Of a stretch of DNA of 64,000 nucleotides, positions 37,529 to 48,041 are shown one piece after another (position 1 is the stretch's first letter; every line of letters begins with the position of its first letter). Source of the stretch: Candidatus Latescibacterota bacterium (GTDB taxonomy: Bacteria > Latescibacterota > UBA2968). Location of the stretch: the NCBI GenBank assembly GCA_965204745.1, contig OZ242010.1, positions 4,160,001 to 4,224,000 of the forward strand, in the 5' to 3' direction. The notes under the pieces are model-generated. The model was not told where the DNA came from. It ran no database searches and saw only the letters and a program-made list of their open reading frames with translations. The position numbers and the translations under genes are program-made.

Positions 37529-37658
37529 AAGCTCGAGACCTGCACCCCGTTCATTGTAGGGAGGGATACGAAGAAATCGCGTTGACTTTTATGGCGAAAT
37601 TTGGTCTTATTATATACCAAAACTTGGACAAATTGCGTATTTTATGACTTTGCTATGG

Positions 37659-37745
37659 GCGGACGTGGTGGAATTGGAAGACACGCCAGATTTAGGATCT
37701 GGTGGGCACAAGCCCGTGGGGGTTCGAATCCCCCCGTCCGCACCA
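37659..37745 (+). tRNA. tRNA-Leu(TAG)
   Basis: Acceptor GCGGACG/CGTCCGC, anticodon arm CCAGA-TTTAGGA-TCTGG, long variable arm, GTTCGAATC, encoded CCA. Confidence 0.96.
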
Positions 37746-37770
37746 ACATTCAATGGAAAGCGAGGAATAG

Positions 37771-39033
37771 GTGGTCGCATTTTTAAGCGAAGATCGCGTG
37801 CGTGCGATTCGGGCGCGGTTTGGGTCGCCGGTGTACGTGTACGACCAGCACACGCTCGAAGCGCAGGCCGATGCCGTGTTGCACTTTCCCAATGCGTTCG
37901 GCCTGACCGCGCGCTACGCGATGAAGGCATTGCCCAACAAAGCCGTGATTCGCATTTTGACGCAAAAGGGCTTGCACCTCGACGCGAGCAGCGGGTACGA
38001 AGCCGAGCGCGCCATGCGGGCCGGCGTGCCGGGGCCTCACATCATGCTCACGGCCCAAGAGATGCCGGAAAATGTCGCGCACTTGATCGAGCAAGGCGTG
38101 ATTTTTAATGCGTGTTCGCTGAATCAGTTGCGAGAATTTGGGGACATGTTTCCCGGGCGGTCCCTTTCCGTCCGCATCAACCCGGGCATCGGCTCTGGGC
38201 ACAGCAACCGCACTAATGTGGGCGGGCCTGCGTCGAGTTTTGGGATTTGGCATGCGTACATTCCCGACGTGCATCAACTATGCAACCAGCGCGGGTTGAC
38301 CATCGCCGCCGTGCATACGCATATCGGGTCGGGCAGCGATCCCGAGGTGTGGGAACGGGTGGCGTTGATGGCATTGGACATTTGCACCGGCTTTGAACAC
38401 GCGACTACCTTGAGCCTGGGCGGCGGGTACAAGGTCGGGCGCGTGCCGGGAGAGGCATCCACGGATTTGCAGGTCATTGGCCGGCATGTGGCCGAGGCGT
38501 TTGAAATGACCGCGGGCAAGACGGGGCGGCAGTTGCATCTGGAGGTGGAACCCGGCACGTATCTCGTCGCCAATGCCGGGGCCATCGTGGCAACCGCGAT
38601 TGATGTGGTGGATACGGGCGCGCACGGGTACCGCTTTATCAAGACCGATACCGGCATGACCGAGGTCATTCGACCGAGCATGTACGGCGCGCAGCATCCC
38701 ATCCATGTCGTGCCTGCCCGAGCCGAGGCGCGCGGAGTTGGCGAGTACATCGTGGTGGGGCACTGTTGCGAAAGCGGCGATGTGCTGACGCCCGCGCCCG
38801 GCGATCCAGAGGCGTTGTCGCCGCGTCAACTCGCCCAGGCAAAGGTGGGCGATGCCGTGGTCATCGGCGGCGCAGGCGCGTATTGCGCGGGCATGTCGTC
38901 CAAAAATTACAATTCCTTTCCAGAAGCGGCCGAGGTGTTGATAGGCAATGATGGCGATTTGCACCTGATTCGCAAGCAACAGACATTGGATCAAATTTTG
39001 GCGAATGAGGTGTTGCCGGATTTTTTGCAATGA
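37771..39033 (+). CDS. lysA: diaminopimelate decarboxylase
   Basis: YAMKA, HTHIGSG, LGGG, EPG, GHCCESGD, GAY. Confidence 0.92.
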   Translation: MVAFLSEDRVRAIRARFGSPVYVYDQHTLEAQADAVLHFPNAFGLTARYAMKALPNKAVIRILTQKGLHLDASSGYEAERAMRAGVPGPHIMLTAQEMPENVAHLIEQGVIFNACSLNQLREFGDMFPGRSLSVRINPGIGSGHSNRTNVGGPASSFGIWHAYIPDVHQLCNQRGLTIAAVHTHIGSGSDPEVWERVALMALDICTGFEHATTLSLGGGYKVGRVPGEASTDLQVIGRHVAEAFEMTAGKTGRQLHLEVEPGTYLVANAGAIVATAIDVVDTGAHGYRFIKTDTGMTEVIRPSMYGAQHPIHVVPARAEARGVGEYIVVGHCCESGDVLTPAPGDPEALSPRQLAQAKVGDAVVIGGAGAYCAGMSSKNYNSFPEAAEVLIGNDGDLHLIRKQQTLDQILANEVLPDFLQ

Positions 39034-39049
39034 CTTCTTTCGCCACCTC

Positions 39050-39270
39050 CTTCGGTGAGACGTAAGACGGGAGAAGTGAGAGGTGAGACAACCCCGCCAC
39101 CGCCCAAGGGCGATCCCCACCGCTCACCCTATCCGCCCGTGCGTGCCTCGCCTCGCCACCCATCCGCCCGTGTGATTCCCGCCGCTACCCCTGTCCTCCC
39201 GTGCGTGCCCTTCTTCTTCACTCCGCCCAAGTGCGATCCCCACCGCTCCACCCAGCCACCCGTGCGTGCC
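39050..39270 (-). repeat. dispersed G-rich repeat family D with heptamer tail
   Basis: Reverse complement GGCGGTGGCGGGGTTGTCTCACCTCTCAC...TCTCACCGAAG; related copies at 33790-33905/35201-35215, 44965-45070, 45880-46010 and 24460-24495. Confidence 0.75.
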
Positions 39271-39417
39271 TGTCCGAAGCAGGGACTCGTTGAAGTGTCC
39301 CAGTTTCAAATTGGTATAAGTAATCCAGCGACTGAAACGGATCGCTTAGCCCATCGCTTCTTTTAACTTGTCCGTCCGCTGTAAATAGCTTATTTATAGT
39401 TTATATAGGAGGACAGC

Positions 39418-39861
39418 GTGAGAGCATTGATCCAGCGGGTTTGCAAGGCGACGGTGCGCGTTGAAGGGCGAACCGTCGGGCATATTGATCGCGGGCTTTT
39501 GATCTTGTTGGGCATTGACGTGGATGACAGTCCGCAAGCCCTGCACTACGTCGCGGAGAAATGCGTCCATCTGCGAATTTTTGAAGATGTGCAGGGCAAG
39601 ATGAACCTGTCCCTAATCGACACGGGTGGGCAGGCGTTGGTGGTCTCGCAATTCACGCTTTGCGCCGAAACCCGAAAGGGGCGGCGGCCCAGTTTTAATC
39701 GGGCCGCGCCGCCAGAGGTCGCCAACGCCATGTACGAGCAATTCGTCCAGCACTTGTGCGATTTGGGCATTTGCGCGGAAACCGGCGTTTTTGGCGCGTC
39801 TATGCAAGTCGAAATTCACAATGATGGCCCGGTGACCCTGATGATCGAGTCCGAGACATGA
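39418..39861 (+). CDS. dtd: D-aminoacyl-tRNA deacylase
   Basis: MRALIQRV, VSQFTL, KGRRPSF, NDGPVT. Confidence 0.97.
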   Translation: MRALIQRVCKATVRVEGRTVGHIDRGLLILLGIDVDDSPQALHYVAEKCVHLRIFEDVQGKMNLSLIDTGGQALVVSQFTLCAETRKGRRPSFNRAAPPEVANAMYEQFVQHLCDLGICAETGVFGASMQVEIHNDGPVTLMIESET

Positions 39862-40460
39862 AAAAACTCATTCTCGCTTCTGCTTCGCCTAGACGTGCAA
39901 ACCTGTTGCGCTTGTTGGACATGCCCTTTGAAATCGCGCCGAGCAATATCGACGAAACCCTCGACACCAGTTTTCCACCCGCGGATCATGTGCGGGAAAT
40001 CGCGCAGCGCAAAGCCCACGCTGTCGCCCCTCGGTTTGACCGCGCACTCGTTTTGGGCGCGGATACGGTCGTGGTGCTAGAAAACGCAATCCTCGGAAAA
40101 CCGCGCGACGCCAACCACGCCCGCGCCATGCTCGCGCAACTCTCGGGAAAAACCCATCGGGTCTATACGGGCATGGCCCTCGCGGATACGGAAACCGGGC
40201 GGACCCTTACCGAAGTCGCCATCACATCCGTCACTTTGCGCGCACTCTCGGCGCAAGACATTTCGCGCTATGTTGCCACAGGCGAATCCCTGGACAAGGC
40301 CGGCGCGTATGGGGCACAGGGCCGCGCATCCGCGTTTATTCAATCCGTGTGCGGTTGTTTTTACAATGTGGTGGGCCTGCCGCTCGCGCAATTCTGGACG
40401 CTTTATCACCGCTTGACCGGGCAATCGCCCTGGGCCGCCATCCCCGAAATCCCTTCATAA
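39858..40460 (+). CDS. maf: Maf family nucleoside triphosphate pyrophosphatase
   Basis: LILASASPRR, GADTVV, LGKP, DKAGAYG, NVVGLP. Confidence 0.96.
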   Translation: MKKLILASASPRRANLLRLLDMPFEIAPSNIDETLDTSFPPADHVREIAQRKAHAVAPRFDRALVLGADTVVVLENAILGKPRDANHARAMLAQLSGKTHRVYTGMALADTETGRTLTEVAITSVTLRALSAQDISRYVATGESLDKAGAYGAQGRASAFIQSVCGCFYNVVGLPLAQFWTLYHRLTGQSPWAAIPEIPS

Positions 40461-40469
40461 AATTTTGCC

Positions 40470-41714
40470 ATGGCCGATACAAAACGAGACATCGCCGAGT
40501 TGCTCAAAACGCAGCGCGAAAGTTTGGGTCTGAGCATTGACGAAATTTTCGAGCGCACGCGGATCGCGCCCGGGTTTTTGCAAGCATTTGAAGATGGCAA
40601 TTTCGACGTGTTGCCCCGCGCTTATGCGCGCCTGTTTCTCAAGACTTATGCGCGAGAACTCGGCCTCGACGCCCAAGACATCCTCACTCGTTTTGAAAAA
40701 ATTATCGCGACGCAACCCGCTCCTCCCCCGGTACAAGCCTCGCCAAAACACCGCTTGAACCTCCGACTATCCTCCCTCCTGCTGATCGCATGCGTGCTCA
40801 TCATGGCGGCGATCATTATCCTCAACCTCAGGCAAAAAACAGAACTCACGCCGCCGCTCGATCCAGCACCTTCGCAACCTCCGATTGCACAACCGCCCGC
40901 GGAGATACAACCCACACTGCAAGACAGCGCGCAACAACCAGACGATCCAACTTCGGCGTCGCTCGATACGTTGCAAATAACGCTACCCGAATCGGAAGCC
41001 AATGGGGTTGCGCCTCCATCCGAAAATCAAGAGACACCATCGCCCGCGCAAAGCGATACAATACAAATAACGCCATCCGAATCAGAAACCACGACGGCGT
41101 CTCAACCGGCAAATCAAGAGATGCCATCGCCCGTGCAAAGCGAAACAGGGCAACCAACGCCATCCGAATCAGAAGCGGACACGGCGGTAGCAAATCAAGA
41201 GATGCCATCGCCTGCACAAAGCGAAACAGGGCAACCAACGCCATCCGAATCAGAAACCACGGCGGCGTCTCAATCAGAGAATCAAGAGACACCATCGCCC
41301 GAATCGGAAAACGATGTAGGGGCGTCTCGATCAGAGGATCGAGACACGTCATCGCCCGGGCGCGAACCCGGGGGTTTGGGACCACCTGCGCCCGATGTGT
41401 TGACCACGTACAATCTGCCCCTCCCCGTCGTCATAGCCGATGGCGAGCGCATGATCCTTTCCTGCGTTGCTACCGAGAACACATCGCTATCCATCACTGC
41501 TGACGGGCGCGCTCTTTTTGAAGGTGTGTTGCCGGCCGGTAGCGCGCATCGTTGGCGGGCCAGCGATCACTTTCAGATCTATGTGCAGCGCGCCGGCGCG
41601 ATTTCGCTCTCCTTGCAGGACGCGCCCATCGAATCCGCCAGCCCACCTGACCGCAGCCTTCGCCTGAATATCTCGCGCACCTTTATTCGCGTTGAAGAAG
41701 TGGAAGAGAGGTGA
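40470..41714 (+). CDS. rodZ: RodZ-like HTH membrane protein
   Basis: N-terminal HTH (LKTQRESLGLSIDEI..YARLFLKTYARELGL), TM helix, low-complexity linker, DUF4115-like C-terminus. Confidence 0.8.
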   Translation: MADTKRDIAELLKTQRESLGLSIDEIFERTRIAPGFLQAFEDGNFDVLPRAYARLFLKTYARELGLDAQDILTRFEKIIATQPAPPPVQASPKHRLNLRLSSLLLIACVLIMAAIIILNLRQKTELTPPLDPAPSQPPIAQPPAEIQPTLQDSAQQPDDPTSASLDTLQITLPESEANGVAPPSENQETPSPAQSDTIQITPSESETTTASQPANQEMPSPVQSETGQPTPSESEADTAVANQEMPSPAQSETGQPTPSESETTAASQSENQETPSPESENDVGASRSEDRDTSSPGREPGGLGPPAPDVLTTYNLPLPVVIADGERMILSCVATENTSLSITADGRALFEGVLPAGSAHRWRASDHFQIYVQRAGAISLSLQDAPIESASPPDRSLRLNISRTFIRVEEVEER

Positions 41715-41734
41715 GAGGCAGTTGTCAGTTGTCA

Positions 41735-42212
41735 ATGCGAATTAAGCGTTGGATCCATCGCGTGCTTGTCCTTTCGCTACTCGGTGGATTCAATCCCTCT
41801 CGGTCCCGTCTCAATGGTCAACCAAGATCGAGACGTTTATTGGGACCTACCCCCCTAACCCCCCTTCCTGTGAGGAAGGGGGGAATGGCGAGAGGGTTTG
41901 TGAGGGATTTGCGCGAGAGGTTTTTGGGGTTCATGGCGTGATCCATTCGCTCAAAGCCATCAAAACAGCTAGGGATACAAACCTTCAAAAAGCCATGTGC
42001 TCCCCCTTTCCTTGTAGGAAAGGGGGCCGGGGGGATAGGTCTATGGCGGCAGGGGGAATAACATCTCTGCGTTGCGGGGAAGAACTGGAGGAGGGGCATC
42101 GTTTGTTTTTAGACACGTTCTAAGGGGCGATCCGATACTGGATGACTCGTTGAGGTCTTTGGGCGATTGGTCGAGGCTTGCTTCTTACTCGTTTTCTACT
42201 CTTAATTCGCAT
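41735..42212 (+). mobile_element. MITE, complete copy
   Basis: TIR ATGCGAATTAAG / CTTAATTCGCAT, 5-bp direct flank TGTCA. Confidence 0.8.
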
Positions 42213-42476
42213 TGTCAGTTGTCAGTTGTCAGTTGTCAGTCCCCACCCGACCACCCAACCTGAAGTGAGCCACACGAGGCGATTAGCCACGAGCGGGGTA
42301 CAACTGGCGATAGCCCGTTCAAAGGGGCTTGCCTCTTGCCTCTTGCCTCTCACCTCTCACCTTTTTAGGCGATAGCCCGTTCAAAGGTGATCAGTGAGTG
42401 TAGGTCTTCTCCCGTCTTGCCTCTCACCTCTCACCTTTTTTTTAACTCCCATTACTCGCTCCTTTGAGACTCCATA

Positions 42477-44921
42477 ATGGCGCGTTCTTTTGCACACATC
42501 GTTCCTTTGGGCACGTCCTTGGGTACGTTCACCTATCGCATTCCCGACGACCTGCAATCCGACTTAAAAACGGGTTGTCGCGTGCTCATCCCCTTTGGGG
42601 AACGCTGGGTCACGGGCATTGTCGTCGGGTTTTGCGAAACGTGTGACCTCGCGCCCAATCAGATCAAGGCCATCGCCCAAATTCTCGATCCCTATCCCCT
42701 CATCACACCTGCGATGCTCGAGCTGTGTCAATGGGTGGCATCGTATTATTTGTGTAGCCTCTCCGAGGTGCTTTCCGCTGCGTTGCCCTCGGGCATTCAC
42801 TTGGATAGCGGGCAACATTTCGCCATTGATGAAGACTTTGACGCAGCGATCAGCGGCCTGCTTGCTCCGCGCCAGCGCGAGGTCGTGGCTATCCTGAACG
42901 ACCTCGGCTCCGCGTCGATGCGCCAACTGCAAAACCGATTGGGCAGAACCGGGGTGCAGTCTGCGGTGCATGGCCTGTTGCAGCGCGGGCTCGTGCGTGC
43001 GTTTCAAAAAATGTCCGCGCCAAAGGTGAGGCCCAAAACCCAACGCCTGGCCGAGCTCGTGCCCAGCGATCCGCGCTGGTTTGATCTGGAATTGCCCATT
43101 CTCGAAAAACGCGCGCCCCGCCAAGCGCAATGTATTCGCCGCCTGCGCGTAGCAGAGCAACCCCTGGCGGTCACGCAACTGGCCGCAGAGGGGATTTCCG
43201 CACGCGTGCTCAAAGAGTTGGTCAACCGCAACCTCATTCGCTTTGTGGACAGAGAAATCGTGCGCGACCCCTATATGCATGTCGATCTGCCCCCTCCCGA
43301 ACACGTCACGCCCACACCCCATCAAGCGCGGGCCATCGCGGCGATCAACGAGTGCATCGACCAAAGCGCATTTCGGGTTCACCTCTTGCGCGGCGTGACC
43401 GGCAGCGGCAAAACACTGGTCTATATTCGCGCTGTGGCCCATGCCCTCGCGGCGGGCAAAGGCGCGCTCGTTCTCGTTCCGGAAATCACGCTCACCCCGC
43501 AAACCGTGCGCCGGTTTCGCATCCACTTTGGGGATCGGGTCGCGGTCTTGCACAGCGCGTTGTCGCGCGGAGAACGCTACGACGCGTGGCGCGAGGTTCG
43601 CACGGGCAAACGCGCAGTCGTCATTGGCGCGCGCTCCGCCGTGTTTGCACCGGTCAAAAACCTGGGCCTCATCGTCATTGACGAAGAACACGACGCGTCC
43701 TACAAACAGGACGACCCTGCGCCGCGATACAATGCCCGCGATGTCGCCATCATGCGCGCCCGGTTGCAAAACCTACCCAGTGTGCTCGGATCGGCGACCC
43801 CGTCCTTGGAATCGCACCACAACGCGCAGACCGACAAATTCAGCGCGCTCACCCTGCCCGAGCGCGTGGATAGCCGCTCCTTGCCCCAGATCACCCTCGT
43901 GGATATGCGCTATGAGGGCGGCGGCTTGTTTTCCCGGCCGCTCCGGGAGAAAATGCGCGAGCGCGTCAAAAAGGGGCAGCGCGTCATCTTGTTGCAAAAC
44001 AGACGCGGGTACGCGCCCGCGGTTCAGTGCGCGGCGTGCGGGCAGAGCATCCAGTGCCACCACTGCCACGTCACCTTGACCTATCACGCGGCCCAACGCC
44101 TGATGCTGTGCCACTATTGCGGTTATGCCAAGCCCTTGCCCCGGGCGTGTCCGTCTTGCAACAGCGGCAATTTTTTGTTGCTCGGCGCGGGCACGCAGCG
44201 CGTTGAAGAAACCCTCAAGGCGCAATTTCCCGGGGTGCGCGTGTTGCGAATGGACGTGGATACGACGAGCCGCAAGGGCGCGCACGACCGCATCCTCGAG
44301 TGCTTTGCCCAAGGCGGCGCGGATATTTTGCTCGGCACGCAGATGATCGCCAAGGGACTCGATTTCCCCGGCGTGACCCTCGTCGGCGTCATCTCTGCGG
44401 ACACGGGCATTCACCTGCCGGATTTTCGCGCCAGCGAACGCACGTTTCAACTGCTCACGCAGGTCAGCGGTCGCGCAGGGCGCGGCGATATTCCGGGCGA
44501 GGTGGTCATTCAAACCTATATGCCCGACGGCGAGGCCGTGCAATGCGCGCAGCACCACGACTTCGAGACCTTTGCTCAACGCGAACTCCAAGCGCGCCAA
44601 AGCCTGGGGTATCCGCCCTTTGGGCGCATGGCCTTGTTGCTGTTCAAGGGCAAAGACCAACACGCGGTCGAGCACGCGGCCGGGCAGTGCGCCCACAGCC
44701 TGCGCGCCCATACCCCGCCCGAAGTCGAAATCATGGGCCCGGTACAAGCCCCCCTCTCGCGCATCCAAGGCACGTATCGCTGGCAGGTCTTGCTCAAATC
44801 CGATTCGCACAACCGCCTCAACACCGCGCTCCGCCATGCCGCTGTAAAATTCGGCCCCAACAAACGCGGCACCAGCGGCGTTCGCCTGGCGATCAACGTC
44901 GATCCGGTATCCATGTTATGA
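42477..44921 (+). CDS. priA: primosomal protein N'
   Basis: GVTGSGKT, DEEH, GSATPS, paired CxxC zinc motifs, QVSGRAGR. Confidence 0.98.
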   Translation: MARSFAHIVPLGTSLGTFTYRIPDDLQSDLKTGCRVLIPFGERWVTGIVVGFCETCDLAPNQIKAIAQILDPYPLITPAMLELCQWVASYYLCSLSEVLSAALPSGIHLDSGQHFAIDEDFDAAISGLLAPRQREVVAILNDLGSASMRQLQNRLGRTGVQSAVHGLLQRGLVRAFQKMSAPKVRPKTQRLAELVPSDPRWFDLELPILEKRAPRQAQCIRRLRVAEQPLAVTQLAAEGISARVLKELVNRNLIRFVDREIVRDPYMHVDLPPPEHVTPTPHQARAIAAINECIDQSAFRVHLLRGVTGSGKTLVYIRAVAHALAAGKGALVLVPEITLTPQTVRRFRIHFGDRVAVLHSALSRGERYDAWREVRTGKRAVVIGARSAVFAPVKNLGLIVIDEEHDASYKQDDPAPRYNARDVAIMRARLQNLPSVLGSATPSLESHHNAQTDKFSALTLPERVDSRSLPQITLVDMRYEGGGLFSRPLREKMRERVKKGQRVILLQNRRGYAPAVQCAACGQSIQCHHCHVTLTYHAAQRLMLCHYCGYAKPLPRACPSCNSGNFLLLGAGTQRVEETLKAQFPGVRVLRMDVDTTSRKGAHDRILECFAQGGADILLGTQMIAKGLDFPGVTLVGVISADTGIHLPDFRASERTFQLLTQVSGRAGRGDIPGEVVIQTYMPDGEAVQCAQHHDFETFAQRELQARQSLGYPPFGRMALLLFKGKDQHAVEHAAGQCAHSLRAHTPPEVEIMGPVQAPLSRIQGTYRWQVLLKSDSHNRLNTALRHAAVKFGPNKRGTSGVRLAINVDPVSML

Positions 44922-45104
44922 AAAGCGAAAACCAACCACCGCTGACCACGGCTGAATCCGGGTATAGGAACGCACACGGCAGGGCAGGGGAACGGAGGGT
45001 AGCGGCGGGGATCGCACTTGGGCGGTGGCGGGGCGGTCTCACCTCTCCCGTCTTCCCTCTCACCGAAGGGAGTTGGGCGGGGAGCGGAGGAGATCGGAGA
45101 TACC

Positions 45105-45863
45105 ATGAGCCTTAAACGAGCACAGATCGCTGTTGAAACTGGGGATGTCGAAACCTTGAAGCGGCTGATAGCAGCTAATCCGGAACTGGTACATCTAACC
45201 ACTGCGGACAACCCCCGCACGCTTTTGCACACGCTTTGCGACTATCCCGGGCACAGGCCGCGTTCCCGCCTGACCGCGGAGATTTTGATTCGCGCTGGCG
45301 CAGATGTCGATGCGCGAGCCAAGTTTGAGGGCAAGACCGATCCCGGGGAGACGCCCTTGCACTGGGCGGCCAGCAGCGACGATGTGGACATGATCGAATT
45401 CCTGCTCGACAACGGCGCGAAAATCGACATAGATGGCGGTGTGATTGCCAATGGAACGCCGCTTTGGGAAGCCGTGGTCTTTTGCATGCCCAATGCCGCG
45501 GCGAGGCTGATCCAACGCGGGGCCACGTACAATTTGATGATCGCCGCAGGCGTTGGGCGGCTCGATCTCGTCGCGGAATTTTTCGACGCGCAGGGCGAGA
45601 TAACGGAGCGTGCGGGCACGTTGCCCGGCTGGTCAACGCCTCGACCTGCGCGAGACTGCATCGACAGCGCGTTTGGCATGGCGTGCCGCAATGGTCACTT
45701 GGAAACCGCCCAGTGGCTGTTGCAAAAGCACCCGGATATCAATCGCAAAAACCCCGTTGGCGAAACCCCGTTGGATCAAGCCGTAAGCCGAAAGCACGTG
45801 GCAGTGGCGGCCTGGCTGACATCTATCGGCGCGAAACAGCGCGAAGCAACCACGGATAGGTAA
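45105..45863 (+). CDS. ankyrin repeat protein
   Basis: GETPLHWAAS..D..MIEFLLDNGA, GTPLWEA, GETPLDQA. Confidence 0.9.
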   Translation: MSLKRAQIAVETGDVETLKRLIAANPELVHLTTADNPRTLLHTLCDYPGHRPRSRLTAEILIRAGADVDARAKFEGKTDPGETPLHWAASSDDVDMIEFLLDNGAKIDIDGGVIANGTPLWEAVVFCMPNAAARLIQRGATYNLMIAAGVGRLDLVAEFFDAQGEITERAGTLPGWSTPRPARDCIDSAFGMACRNGHLETAQWLLQKHPDINRKNPVGETPLDQAVSRKHVAVAAWLTSIGAKQREATTDR

Positions 45864-46038
45864 TCGGCTAACCGGTCAGGAGTGGGGACGGGAACGCACG
45901 GGCGGCGGGGTGGTCGAGGATGGGCTCGCACATGGCGGGGCAGGGACGGGAAGGGGACGCACGGGCGGTGGGGTGGTCGAGGATGGGCTCGCACTTGGGC
46001 GGCTGAAGGGCGGGGCGGACTGACAAAGGAGAGAATCT

Positions 46039-46983
46039 ATGGCTCGCGTGGGACTCGTCGGACATGGTGATTTTCAAAAGCACGACACGCACGGAGCGCA
46101 TCCGGAGCGCGCGGAGCGGTTGCAGGCATTGCACGACCACTTGGATGCCACGGGCCTCGCGCAAGACCTCGTGGACCTTGCCCCGCGGCACGCGGCTATG
46201 TCATGGTTGGAAAAGGCGCACGCGCCCGAGTACATCGCCCATGTGAAAGCGCGATGCGCGCAGGGTGTTCCGTATATGGGGGATTTTGAGACCATGTTGT
46301 GTCCCCTGTCGTTTGACATTGCGCGCCTGGCCGTGGGCGCGACTTTTGAAGCGGTTGACGCGGTGATGGCCGGGCGCGTGGATACGGCTTTTTGCGCGGT
46401 GCGACCGCCCGGGCACCACGCCGAGCGCGATCGGGCCATGGGATTTTGCCTGTTTGGCAACGCGGTCATTGCCGCGCGATACGTCCAAGAAACCCATCGC
46501 ATTGCGCGCGTGGTCATTGTCGATTGGGACGTGCATCACGGCAATGGCACGCAACACATCTTGGAGGCCGACCCCTCGGTGTTTTTTTTTAGCATCCATC
46601 AATTCCCGCATTACCCCGGCACGGGCCGCACAGACGAAATCGGCATTGGCGAGGGCGAGGGGTTCACCTTGAACGCCCCCGTGCCCGCAGGCAGCGATGA
46701 CGACCTGTACTTGCGCGTGTTCGATGGCGTATTCTTGCCCGCGATGCACGCATTCCAACCGCAGTTCGTCATTGTCTCGGCCGGGTTTGACGCGCACCGG
46801 GCAGACCCGTTGTCCGGCACGCTGGTGACGGAATCCGGCTTTGCCGAGATGACCAAGCGCGTGTTGGCCGTTGCAAACGAACACGCACGCGGGCGGCTGA
46901 TCTCGGTCTTGGAAGGCGGCTACGACTTGGGCGGCCTGTCCCGCAGCGTCGCAGCACATCTCGGAGTGCTCATGGATGGATAA
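46039..46983 (+). CDS. histone deacetylase family protein
   Basis: HPERAERL, RPPGHHA, DWDVHHGNG, SAGFDAH, LEGGY. Confidence 0.96.
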   Translation: MARVGLVGHGDFQKHDTHGAHPERAERLQALHDHLDATGLAQDLVDLAPRHAAMSWLEKAHAPEYIAHVKARCAQGVPYMGDFETMLCPLSFDIARLAVGATFEAVDAVMAGRVDTAFCAVRPPGHHAERDRAMGFCLFGNAVIAARYVQETHRIARVVIVDWDVHHGNGTQHILEADPSVFFFSIHQFPHYPGTGRTDEIGIGEGEGFTLNAPVPAGSDDDLYLRVFDGVFLPAMHAFQPQFVIVSAGFDAHRADPLSGTLVTESGFAEMTKRVLAVANEHARGRLISVLEGGYDLGGLSRSVAAHLGVLMDG

Positions 46984-47881
46984 TTCAGCGAACAAAACTC
47001 TGGTCGCATTTCAAGGCGAGTACGGCGCGTTTAGCGAAATGGCGGCGCGTTCCTATTTTGGCGAGGATGTGCAGGTTGCGCCACAGCGCGATTTTGCGTC
47101 TCTATTTGCAGGGGTCGAACGCGGGGATTGCACGCACGGGATGGTGCCCATTGAAAATTCGTTGATGGGTAGCATTCACGAAAATTACGACCATCTGTCC
47201 GCGCACAATTTGCAGATTGTGGGCGAATTGAAATTGCGAATCGTTCACAACTTGATCGTGAATCCCGGGGTCGCGTTGGCGGATGTGCGCTCTGTTTATT
47301 CCCAAGCCCCTGCCCTGGCGCAATGTGCCGAGTTTCTCGCGTCGTTGCCGCGGGTCAAAGCGGTGATGGCGTCCGATACCGCGGGCGCGGTGAAGGCATT
47401 GAAGGCGTCGGGCGCGCGCGATGCCGCCGCGATTGCGAGTGCCCAAGCAGCCGTGGATTACGATCTGGAAATTCTACGTGCGGGCATCGAGGACGACCAT
47501 CAAAATTACACGCGGTTTTTGGTGGTGACAGCACGGGCGTTCGCGCCCGAAAAGCCGGCCATCACAGGCCCTGCAAAAACGTCGATTGTGTTTGCGATGA
47601 AAAACGTGCCGGGCGCGTTGTTCAAAAGTTTGAGCGTGTTTGCCTTGCGCGATCTCAATTTGCTCAAAATCGAATCCCGCCCCCTCGCGGGCAAGCCCTG
47701 GGAATACGCTTTTTCGCTGGATATCGAAGGCCACCTCGGACAAGAACCCTGCGCCCGCGCCATCGATCACCTGCGGGAAATCGCAACATTCGTCAAGGTG
47801 CTCGGCTCGTATCGACAAGGCGATGCGGTCGAAGGGGAAATCGTAAGACGCGAGATGAAAGGCGTAAGACGTGAGACGTAA
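46976..47881 (+). CDS. pheA: prephenate dehydratase
   Basis: FQGEYGAFS, PIENS, NYTRF, KIESRP (ACT domain). Confidence 0.95.
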   Translation: MDNSANKTLVAFQGEYGAFSEMAARSYFGEDVQVAPQRDFASLFAGVERGDCTHGMVPIENSLMGSIHENYDHLSAHNLQIVGELKLRIVHNLIVNPGVALADVRSVYSQAPALAQCAEFLASLPRVKAVMASDTAGAVKALKASGARDAAAIASAQAAVDYDLEILRAGIEDDHQNYTRFLVVTARAFAPEKPAITGPAKTSIVFAMKNVPGALFKSLSVFALRDLNLLKIESRPLAGKPWEYAFSLDIEGHLGQEPCARAIDHLREIATFVKVLGSYRQGDAVEGEIVRREMKGVRRET

Positions 47882-48041
47882 GACGTGAGACGGGAGACGT
47901 GAGACGTGAGAAGCCACCCAACCCCCTTCGCCTTTCATCCGCTTTCATCCGTGTTGCGTTTCGCTTTTCGCCTTTCACCTCTTGCCTCTCACCTCTCACC
48001 TTTTTGAGCATCGCCCCTACGAAGGGGGTTAGGTGGGGCGG

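Noticed and set aside
37659-37745. tRNA-Leu as an island integration site
   Set aside because: No duplicate of its 3' end was seen, and it is flanked by core genes.
41711-42375. ORFs within MITE/core A repeats (also 11351-11788, 24009-24577, 48099-48554, 58096-58402)
   Set aside because: Translations of non-coding palindromic repeats; frames are not conserved between copies.
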